Below are positions 12,373 through 22,800 of a stretch of 50,955 nucleotides of DNA, piece by piece. This DNA comes from Lenisia limosa (taxonomy: Eukaryota > Protista > Breviatea): contig LPNZ01008900.1 of the NCBI GenBank assembly GCA_001655205.1, forward strand, positions 1 to 50,955. The letters are read 5' to 3'. Made by a program: the position numbers and the translations under genes. Below the pieces are notes generated by a model, which had not been told where the DNA came from, did not search any database, and saw only the letters and a list, made by a program, of their open reading frames with translations. Within the stretch, counting starts at the first letter, position 1; the number at the start of each line of letters is the position of its first letter.

Positions 12373-13806
12373 ATGTCAGGTTGGTATATATATTCATGGT
12401 TTTGAACGAAGTAACATTTTCGCAGGAGCGCTCCAACAATTCCGAAGCATCCTTGAGATGGAACCTGACCTACCAGTCGCAATGGTTGGCGTTTGCTTTC
12501 GGGCTGAATGGTATTATTGACATCTTTTTTAGGCTGGAGTAAGAACATTGACAATGGTTCTTAAGAAGTCAACAGGTTGGCTATTTTTCTCTATGTTGAC
12601 CACTCCAGCCTCTACCCTGATGGGTATCCAGCATGACCTTAGTGAAGCTGCATCAGAACTCTGTGTGGGTGTGGTGGCAATTGCAGGACATTTCATACTC
12701 TTTCAAACCGTGTTATTTCAACAGAAAAGCATGCCACAGGTTCTTTCCCTCAAGTCAAGCTGCGAGCTGTATCTACGTTATGTCACTCGAACTATATGCG
12801 ATTCGGTAATCTCTTCCTTCCCGTGCCATTACAACATAGGGTATTGAGCTTGAGAAGAGCAAGGAAGTCTTAGTGCAAAGAGGATCTGATTTTGTTCAAA
12901 AAGCAAGACTATCGCGTCACAATATCGCAAGAAGAGCTTTGTCCCTCATTCCTGACCATTGTGTTTGACGGCTGATATTTGTGTTGTTTCTTTCCTCATT
13001 CTATTCGTTTGTTGTATCTTTTTCTGAACTAATTATATTCTGCCCAAGACACCAATCCACGTGACCGACAACCTATTTCGCTCTTTACCAACAACTTGCA
13101 TTATCTTACCACCAATAGTATAATTATATTTACCCACCTCCCCCTGTAGACTGTTCTCATTCATGGATTTTCACGTATGGTGTGTCACACTATCCAACAA
13201 GCAGCGCAGTCAAGACGGCTCAGTGTCCTTTGTACAACATCAAACCCAGGCAATCAAGGGTATTATGGCTCTTCACGTTGTTTTCATTGTTTTTAGTCAG
13301 AAAACATTTGATGAGTTAAAAAATGCTGGTGTTGACATTCGTATGATTCCAGATGCTTCAATTGGAGTACATATGGAGACAGTAGGCAGTTTTTTTCTTC
13401 TTCTGATAGCATAGGTTGATTTGGTTATGTTTGGAGCTGAAGCTCTTGTTGAAAACGGTGGCATTGTGAATAGAGTCGGCACCTATCCCATTGCTGTACT
13501 GGCTCACTCTTTATCCAAACCTGTATATGTTATGGCGGAATCTTTCAAGGTATGTTTACTTCTTTGCTGCCATCTCCTGCTGTATTTGATCTTTTTAGTT
13601 TGCACGAATTTTCCCACTCAACCAAAGAGACCTTTGTCAAATCATGAAGGAGGATGGAGTAGGCACAGCATTGCACCTAACTTATCCTTCAGGACAACCC
13701 ACTGTACGACTTTACTCCCCCTCATCTTCTCTCAATGCTTGTCACCGATTTGGCCATTCTCACTCCATCTGCTGTGAGTGATGAGCTTATCAAGCTCCAT
13801 GCATAG
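12373..13806 (+). CDS. EIF2B1: Translation initiation factor eIF-2B subunit alpha
   Basis: [22 protein letters not shown]...[16 protein letters not shown]...TVLIHGFSR...[54 protein letters not shown]...[32 protein letters not shown]. These are classic eIF2B-alpha/GCN3 motifs. Confidence 0.95.
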
Positions 13807-13838
13807 TTTTATCAGGTAATATATTGATGTATCAACAT

Positions 13839-14977
13839 CTAATCGCTTCGATCGCCAATTTTCTTCCATAATGCATACTCACTTTGCTGAAAAGGCTTGA
13901 GCATTTGGTCTTTGAGGGGGCCCATCCATCTGCGGTATCCCTGAAGTATGACCACCAAAAAGGGTGGTACCAACCATTGATGAGAAGTGGACTCCATCAG
14001 CAAACATCGACTCCTGTCCATGAACCGTCGCTGACATTGGTGATGGTCCAAGGAATATGCTGTGGCTGGTCCTAGCCCTGGTTAGAAAAGGGATTAACGA
14101 GGAAACCAGGAGAGTAACACTAACTACGTTTAGTATTAATCTATGTATTATAGTGAGTTAGATATTGTATTTCGGCAACTATAGTTGAGCTTTTCATATT
14201 AAAAAAGATTAACAAATTAAAAATACACAAAATGAAAGCGCAAAGTGAAAATACTTTTCAATGGCATCATAAAGGAGCCGATTTTTCTTCATTTGTTTTT
14301 TCTTGGCTTCGGGGGTTGGCCCACTGGAGAGTCAACACACTTGCTGATAGTAAACTCAACTGTTGAGGGAAGAACGGAACAATCACTTTTGTTCCCTTCA
14401 GAGCCAAATATTCAGCTGTTTCCATAACATTCGAGATAGTTTCTTCAGCAGAGCTGTTTATTGTTATTAATCAATAATCCCCCACCAAAGGTCAAAGCAC
14501 CCTGCAGTAAAGAAGATAACATTGGAACCAATAAGACTTTTGCTGTTGATAATAGAATTAAGGTGAGCAGTCTAAAAAGGTCATACTCCCCACTCTGTAA
14601 GCAAGAAAAACTCACGCCAGGAAGCCAGTCAGAAGAAGTTGTGAAGGGAGCCGCCTTTTGAAAGACGGCCCAAGGTAATCTGAGATGATCGGACTAATAC
14701 AATGAACAGGGATGAACAAATAACAAACCTCAGCCAGAAGTCTTGAGAATTGCCGGGCTGGGCCGGAGAGTCCTCCCATCACAACCCAATCACCAACACC
14801 GAATGCAAAGCTATCTCCTTTGGTCAATGAGAAACATCAAAAACTGCACCACAAACCAATCACAACAAGAGTTTTCAGAAGGTCTTGGGGAAGGTAGGGG
14901 CGGGGTCGGAACCATGAGCAAAATACAATCCACCACACAGCAAGCTGCACACGAAGACGCACATAATATGACTGCAT
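13839..14977 (-). CDS. SGNH/GDSL-family hydrolase
   Basis: Spliced block I reads LVVI/GDSFAFGVGD, with a block II-like segment WAVFQKAAPFTTSSDWLPG and block V MFADGVHF. Ends ...KIGDRSD* (13839-13841). The N-terminus is hydrophobic. Confidence 0.75.
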
Positions 14978-15123
14978 TATTGGAAATGTGGAAATGCGCT
15001 GGGGGCTTGCAAGCTTCTCTTTGCTGCTTCTTCTTGTTTTTTATAGTAAGAGAGTCAGAGAGGATAAAAGAGGGAGAGGAAAGGGCTGATGAGGGGCTAT
15101 AGATATTATATACACCCTAGAAT

Positions 15124-15200
15124 CAAAAAAACATACCCCCGGTACGAACCGGGCAGATCGCTTGATCTGTCCCAGGTCAAACTGGTAAGCACGGCAAGCA
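15124..15200 (-). ncRNA. Candidate structured small RNA (three abutting hairpins followed by T7); alternatively a small spliced exon
   Basis: Minus strand: CCAG-TTTGAC-CTGG, CAGATC-AAGC-GATCTG, CCCGG-TTCGTA-CCGGG, then GGTATG-TTTTTTT. The last loop resembles a Pol III B-box (GGTTCG). Not a canonical tRNA. Confidence 0.3.
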
Positions 15201-15435
15201 CAGTACTTGGGGACTTGGGAGTTTGTGGTCGGGTGGTCGGTTTGTGGGTTTTAGGTGGGTTTGTGGCTTTGTGGTTGTGGGAGGGCTGAGTAGAGGCTGG
15301 GTGGCTGGGTACATACCCGAATACCACGACTCTGGAGATAACAGTTTATAAACCCAATGAAAGAAAAATAAAAAAATAACATGTGTGTACATCCCAAAAA
15401 TAAACAATACATATAAAACATGACTCTTGGCATCT

Positions 15436-18400
15436 CTAATCTTCGTCGGAATCAGAGGATTCTTCTACGTAACATCAGATTCAAGAAATGGAATGGCATT
15501 CAAAAGAACAATTTCACATCTCAACACAGCTCATTCTCACCATCTTCGTTTCCTTTCTGCTTGTTGTTCTGCTGTTGTTGTCCCTTGAACCATGCTTGAA
15601 CCTAGAAATTAGTACTGATTGTAATAAACATGAAAATTTGATGTCAATTAGTATTTTCGAAGTTCTGACTTCACCCTCTCCCACATCGGAGATCATGACA
15701 TCTTCAGCTTGGTTGAGTAGCATAGTGAGGTTGAATTTTGAGGCCTTTTCAACTGGAGAAAGACATTGCCACCACATTCGAACCTGTTCAAGACCACCGA
15801 CCGCACGGTTCGATTTCATGAGCTTCAAATATCAAACAAACGCAAAATCAACTAACCTTAGACTGCAGCTGATTGTATTCCATGTAAGTAGTCATGGAAT
15901 TGGCAATCACTGTCACGACCGAAATCCACACATGAAAGCCTTAAGTGTAATCGATGGGGTGGGGGTTACCGAAAGTTGCAAGAAGAGCACTGCAAGCTGA
16001 AAGAGAGTAAGTGATCCATTGCAAGGTCTTCAATTTGGTCTCAATTCGTCTGGTCTTGTGTGTGAAGTATTTGATCCCAGGTAACACTCTGCGAAATAAG
16101 TTGAAGTGAAGATTGTGTCACTAAACATACCTGAAAATGATATATTCCTCTGGCTGAATGTAATCCAGTGACTTCTGTGAGTACAAAGCAAGATGACTCA
16201 TCTAATATGTCAATGATTATCGTAATTACAGACATCATCCCCCCACTCACTCCACGGTGCTTTTCATCAGCCTCACTAAACGCATAGTTCTCCAAGCTGG
16301 TGATTGGTGGTGGTGAAACAAGGGGTTCGTTGAGCTAAGTGGTGAGAAACGACTCGTATTGACAAACAGGGTATTCATAGGCAGTCAGTCGGTCTGTGAA
16401 AATGTCATCAACTCCATCAGCAGAGGGCTAAAACATGAGTAACTGGAGGCATTTGGGGACCCACAATTGCGAGACTGCTTTCCTGGACATCTGACTCAAG
16501 GAGGGCCTGTGAAATGTTCTCTAACCGTTCAGCCAACAGAGCTTGACTGCGAAAATAAGAGCTATCGATATGGAGAGGCAAACCTTTCAAAACCCAGAAT
16601 GGCATAGTCGCCCTCAGAAGTTCTGTAGCGATAGATTTGTGAAAGAGTGGCCTCCGCGGCCGCACGGAGATAGATCCACTGAAGGGGTCAATCATTGGTA
16701 AGACAAAACAAACTTTGCTTCCTGAATTGAATCTGTTGTTTGCAGCCGTAATAACTCCAAGAAGAAGTGGGAGAACTGAGGCGGTGATGAAGAGACCAAA
16801 ATATCCAAGCTTCAACCCTACATACTGACAACCCAGGCCGAAAATCCCCATTCTCCTTCTTTGGGAATTTTTTCGAGGTCACCACTGTTTTCCAAAACAC
16901 TGTAGGTGATGGCAGAAATGGTAGTAATAATACCTAAAACGTTAACCCACATGTTAGAATAAGACAAACCAATCAAGAGAATCCAAATAAGCATGTTCTT
17001 GCTCATTGCCTTATGGCGCTTCGCATTGTACTGGTAAATAAGGAATCTATTCCAAGCAAGCATCAGCTGAGCGTCGTCTTCTCCTTCAACTGCTGCAGTC
17101 TTCCTTGCAGCTGTTTGACTGAGACTCTGTAGAATGTATTGTTCCAATGATTCAACCTAAGTGGTTAGAAAAGATCCTTTCAATCTAAACTCACTCCAAA
17201 TTCCGTTCGGAGATCGTAGACATAGAGGTTACCGTCAGCAACTACTTCCTCCACTTCAGCCTGAAGTGTGAGTGACTGCTGCACCGATGGATGAAATCGG
17301 TCATACAGTTAACCATTTTAAAAAGTTCGGTAAAAATATGATATTTGATGAGTGGACTATCTGTTATACGGTCAAATCCCCAAAAAACCTGTTGTCTGTG
17401 TATTTTGTGAAGCCCATCTGGGGTGGCGACAAGACGTGGTTTGGTCCGTTTGATTTCATCTAGTGGTCAAAATGTTTTACGAAAACGAGTAGGAACTACG
17501 TCATACAAATAATCATGAAAAATAGACACAACTAACCGATCAAGAGCTCAGGCTTGCTTGCCTTGAAGCGTGCGAATTCATCAACAAGTTCTAAAAAGTG
17601 ACACCGTTTTGTGAAAAGCAATCAAGTAGTGGAACAGACCTTGGATGGTCTTTCGATGGGTGTCATTGGGCTTAAGGAAGTCGAGATCTGGGTCATCTTC
17701 GGGTAGATCTGAAATGCTGTGTAGGCGAGCTTGAACCCCAACAGTAGAATCTTTCTTCGCAGCCTTATTGGCTCTGACGGCAATCTTAGCTTTGTCTTTG
17801 TCATCCTAATCTATCACAAACGACAGTTCACAAACTTTCTTTTGGATTTTGTCCAACTTCTTTTGTGCTTTAGTACCACCAGACAGTCCTAGAAAATGTG
17901 ACATAAGAGTATTTCACTAACGTCCAATTGGTTCCTCTTTTGGATCGCTCTTGGACTTTCCCTGGATACGACGCTGCATTTCTTTGATCATGTTTTTCTT
18001 CTTCTTCTCGTACTCAAAGAGGGTAGCAACGTTATCAGCGTAGTCGCCAGATCCATTGAAGATAATAATGGGTTGGCCTAGAACATAAAAGAACTTCATT
18101 ACTCCTAAAAGAAACTTATTACCACATTGGCTTCACCGTATTCTCCCCCACTCACCACCACGAACAGAATGCAACATTGTGTTCAGCGTACCCGCGGTTC
18201 CACCAACAACAACGAGAACGGTTGGGATAATCTTAGCATAGAACTGAAGCTGTTAATTGATAATGCCTCATACCGCTTCCAATTTGTAGCGCACACTGAT
18301 TTCAGCTCCCCAACTGGAGCCTGTCACGAAAATGAAGTGGCTGTGGTTTCGATCAATGGGGGCTCTAGAAAGTTATAAATATACGAGGCGCCAAACCCTT

Positions 18401-19588
18401 TGCCACAAGCCGTGAGGAAGGGGGGCGGTTCTTCACCATCCTTCTTTGCACGCATGTCCTTCTGACGGTGCTCGTAGACAAACTCCTGTCCCCTCATGCC
18501 TTGCAGAGGCTCACATCCCTTGGACATAGGGTAGGGCGACACCCTATATCATAACCGTAGTAATAATGCTTCTACATACTCGACCCAGCAGCCCAGCCCT
18601 AAAATATCTCTATTTAAACTAATCCCACAACCCATACATACGCCAAAAGGGGAACACTCTGAGCCCGTCCTTCAACTGCCTCTCCTGTGAGTTTCATGCA
18701 CCCTGACTCCATACCGCTGCAAAATAAATGCTGATATTGAAAAATGAGACAATAATAATTAATAAAGGTAGTATCAGGCCAACGCCATCAAGGCCAATAC
18801 GGACGTGATTATAAACTGCTAATTTATTGGCTGCTTGTATTCTGTGGATATTTATTAGATATGGATGCCACGCCCACCCAGACACGATCCATGCCTTGGT
18901 GTTGAGCGCGGACGTTACAACACCACGGCTGAAGAGGTTCTGGAGATTGATCATCATTCGATCATCGTCACTCTTCAGAGACTGCGCACCACCCGTGACG
19001 GATATGAGAAGCTGCACTGTGAGGCTGTGAAGTTCACAAACCTTAGGTCGCGGAAGGCCCCAGACATTATGAAGAACATTGTAGAGGTCCGCTGGGTTGA
19101 CAGTCTACGTGGAGGATGAGACATGATGACTCGAGACCAACTGGAGGGGTGATGAGGAACTTTGCTGATTTTCCATTTTCTTTAAATTTGATTTGTCCAA
19201 ATGACACATCTGGTCTCTGCAGGAAGGGGACTTCAACATCGTATATTCTAAACCCCGTGATATCCGAAATAGAATGTAAGGAGTCATTCATAGTGCCACC
19301 AACTTTTTGCCTGCTTCTCTACTCTGTGACATTTGAACAACTTGCCCCTCAAGCTGCTTGTTGCGGTTGTGGAATTGTTGGATTCGCTTGCCATACTCTT
19401 TGATCAGCTGTTGTTCGCGGTCGGTCGGTTTGGTTCCTGGTCTAAAAATGGAGGAGAGTGAATTGGGGAGCGAAGCACCAAATTTGACTCAAATAAGTCG
19501 GAATATCAACAACATAAACGATATCATACTGCAGAATTGATGAGACTTCAGGTGGTGGGGCTGAAGCCCTTGGTTGATCAGATGACAT
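15436..19588 (-). CDS. TRPM-type SLOG (LSDAT) domain fused to two SLATT-like 2TM modules (DUF4231-like then SLATT_1-like); roughly 25 introns
   Basis: Spliced SLOG: RPDVSFGQIKFKENGKSAKFLITPPTVNPADLYNVLHNVWGLPRPKLLISVTGGAQSL...AWIVSGGMESGCMKLTGEAV...SVPLLG...IDRNHSHFIFVTGSSWGAEISVRYKLE...PTVLVVVGGTAGTLNTMLHSVRGGQPIIIFNGSGDYAD. C-terminal half: LAWNRFLIYQYNAKRH...(2TM)...NNRFNSGSKWIYLRAAAEATLSQIYRYRT...LDYIQPEEYIIFRV...(2TM)...MTTYMEYNQLQSKLMKSNRAVGGLEQVRMWWQCLSPVEKA...DVQAW. TAG at 15436-15438. Confidence 0.88.
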
Positions 19589-19880
19589 TCCGCTTCTCTC
19601 TTCTGCCCTTCTTCTATACTGATTACAAGCTAAATTCCTAACTTCTAATTGACTTCAAGGTTGCTACCACTGTGAAAAAGGCCCGTGCATTTTTTTTACA
19701 ACTGAGTCTCCGCGACCGGATATCTATTTTGTTCCTTTTTCCTCCACCTCTCTTTCTCTCTTTTCTGTCGATCTTGTGATATTGTATTATCATCCAAATA
19801 TTACAAGCGTAGTTTAGGAATAGGATTTCAGTTGGATAAAATAGTTAGATGAAAGAGACTTATTGTTACTTTGATGCAAT

Positions 19881-22800
19881 ATGACCATCACTCTTCGTGA
19901 GCATCAGGTGGAATGTGTCAACAGAGCCAAGGATAAGAATGCTCTGATTGTGAAAGACACTGGTACCGGAAAAACCTTCGTGGCTGCAGAGGTAAGTTTG
20001 GGTTTTTCATGGCTGACATTCAGATTGCCCACCAAGCCCTTATCAGATCCGAGTTTGGAACCGAAAATCCGTTAACTCAAATTTTCTTTCTTGTCAAAAC
20101 TACAAATCTTGTTGAGCAACAGGTTGGAATGTTAGGCTTAGGTTTTAAATACCTAGGCTGCCAGCTTTGAGCAGTATTTTGAAGGTCGGAATCTCAGCAA
20201 TAATTGTGTTGGACGAGCCCATGGTTTGCACTATTCATTTTGCCCTTCATGTTTAATCTTTAGGTGGATGTACGTCTGAAAAAATACAAGGAATGGTGAG
20301 TAGTGTTGTGTTTTCGGTTATTTATTGAACCAAGAAGGCTCTCGTTTCTACTTTTCAGGGTCTGTTCACAGTTTAGCTTCGAAGATGCGCTGTTATTGTC
20401 TTAACTGCTGGATCATTTATGAATTACATTAATAAAAAGTAGTGCTACCGTACTCTAAAGTGTGAAACTCATTTTCATAGAGACGTAAACTTGTATAAAG
20501 TGAGTTTAGTTATCCTTGATGAGATTCATAACGCAACAAAGAAAGATGACTTCCTGGTAGTAAGCGGGTCTAGTGGTTTATTGCTGTTAGAAATGATAAC
20601 AGACGGGGTTTTTTTTTAAAAAAAATTCAATTTAAAATTTTCGTGATTAATTTGAAATTCACTTCCACTTCCATTTTAGCTGAAAAGTGACATCTTTATT
20701 TAAATTTTCAATCAATATTTTGAGTGCTGAAAATCTACGACTTGGATAAGTAATTGATAACAATCTCGCTATAGGTCTGTCGAGAGGTTCATAAAGTATG
20801 GGAAACTCGCGGAACAAATGCGCACCCACAACTTATCGGCTTCACAGCAACACCTGGTTTGGTTTTCTCCCCTATCTTTGTTATTGTTTAGGAGATAATC
20901 AAAGGAAAATTTACAAGCTGAAAACAGAAACAAAACGTAAGTGACATTGTCTATTGTTAACCACGGTTCAGTTGATCTTGTATACAACATCACGACAAAC
21001 GAACCAGTATCAAGGGGCCAAACAGAGACTGTTGCTCTCCAATCAACTAACTACGAGCGAGTTCTTTTGAACGTACTCTCAATGGAGGTTTGCAATTCAC
21101 CGGAAGACTGACCGTCTTTTTAGTTTTGGACAATCGTAAAGGATATTGGAGAAGGTTTAGATTTTCTCAATGTGACAATTCAACTCAATGACTCATTTGA
21201 GGCAGCTTTACGTGGCTACTTGTTAACCTCCCTTTGTGTAAGAGGATCTTCATGTGCAAACCTTGAAAAAAAATTTTACTCCTAGAATGAGGAGAAACCA
21301 AAGCCTCTAATGCAGCTAGCCTTTATTCACCAAGTATACAACTGGACAAAACACAATGTTTGGGGGATTTTAAAGTACTGTCATGTATTTACCTTGGGAC
21401 ACTTGTAAACTACAAACAGATGACTTCATATAGATTATATATACTATTTGTATAATATATGTATATATATTATACTATATAGCTATATGATATACTTATG
21501 TCATTGCATCTAGAGTCCGAGAAAGGCATTTGAGGCTCTTCAATGTTGTCAATCCAACAATGTCGATTTTCTGAAGTTCAAATACCTTACACCTGTATGT
21601 ATTGAGTCAATTGGGATTTATTTTCAGGAGTTAAATGGGCTTCTTTCCAAATTCAGTTCCCATTCTTTCCCTAAATTCAGTCAGAAGGTAAATACTAATT
21701 ACAGCCAACTTATGACTAGATTGAAATGACACATTCCAAAATCTCTAAAGCCATGACTGGTGAATTGTATGGAAACAAGAACACAAGTAAATTTTCGTAA
21801 TATCTCACATATCTCCCACTTCAGATCAATCTGCGGACTTAATTAAGCCTATTTTGGTGATTGTTCAGCAAAAAGAGATGGTTTACAACCTTCTACATTC
21901 GTTTTCAGGGTTAGGAGAAAATCTTTGTAATCCTATCAGGACAATGATAGATATCTTAAACCCCGTCTTCATGATCGGTCAGGACCAGTCACCATCGAGC
22001 CGGTTTCTGTGGCACAAGCTGCTCACTCACTTCCATATTGAGGTAGTAAGATTGTTCTATTGGTTCTAAACCTCTAGGGATCAGATATTGCATTTAAAGC
22101 TGGTCAGTCAATCGGAGGACAGAAAGAAGCACTGAGTTCTCTCAAACTCCCTCTTAAAGTTTGTGTACTTTAAGCACATGTAATACCTACAATTATCTTG
22201 TATTTTATCATATGTGGATATGCATCATTGTCTCATAATAATATTAAGATGCAAATGCTAACACTCAGGAAAACGGAAGTCGACTGATGGTGGCCACCGC
22301 AATTGGGGCTGAAGGTGTTGATCAGTCCTTCAAGCTTGTTGTGGTTTTTGATGAAATCCCTTCTGCCACAAAATTCAACCAAGTAGGTTGCGTTGTAGCC
22401 TAATTCGTGTAGACAATTGGAAGAGTGAGAGATGTTGACGGTAAAGCAATTTGCTTGACCGACCCCCCTGTAAGTCTTCACCCAGCTTGATTTATTCATT
22501 GTTAGGGAATTCACCGAATTGAGCGATTCAAACAGACCAAATCAAAGCTCAAAACGAATATGAATGCCGCAAAGGTTGGCGGCTCTTGTTTGTGACATCC
22601 AGATGATGACAGGTCCCGCAGACCCTGATGAAGAACGTAGACCTAAGAGTAAACGTGTCAAGTCAAAAAATAAAAATGTCATTGCTGCCAATAAAGTAAG
22701 GGGTTCAGGCACAAATAGATATTTTGCGATCAGGACTTACCCTTTGGCACCTAATTTTAATGAGTTAGTTCACATTTGTTGAAGTTGTCAAACAATTGTT

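Noticed and set aside
15124-15200. tRNA-Sec/Ser, 5S rRNA or U1 snRNA assignment
   Set aside because: The loops are 6 nt, and there is no convincing acceptor or D stem, no Sm site or U1-70K loop, and only short word matches to 5S.
15131-15318. ACATACCC direct repeat as the target-site duplication of a SINE
   Set aside because: It is equally explained as two GG|GTATGT splice donors on the minus strand.
15436-19588. Calling this gene a TRPM channel
   Set aside because: No six-TM ion-transport domain, pore loop or TRP box was seen; the membrane part has SLATT-type motifs.
22233-22514. Minus-strand ORFs overlapping conserved plus-strand exons (and similar short ORFs throughout the track)
   Set aside because: They are antisense shadows of real coding exons, with no independent motif or splice support.
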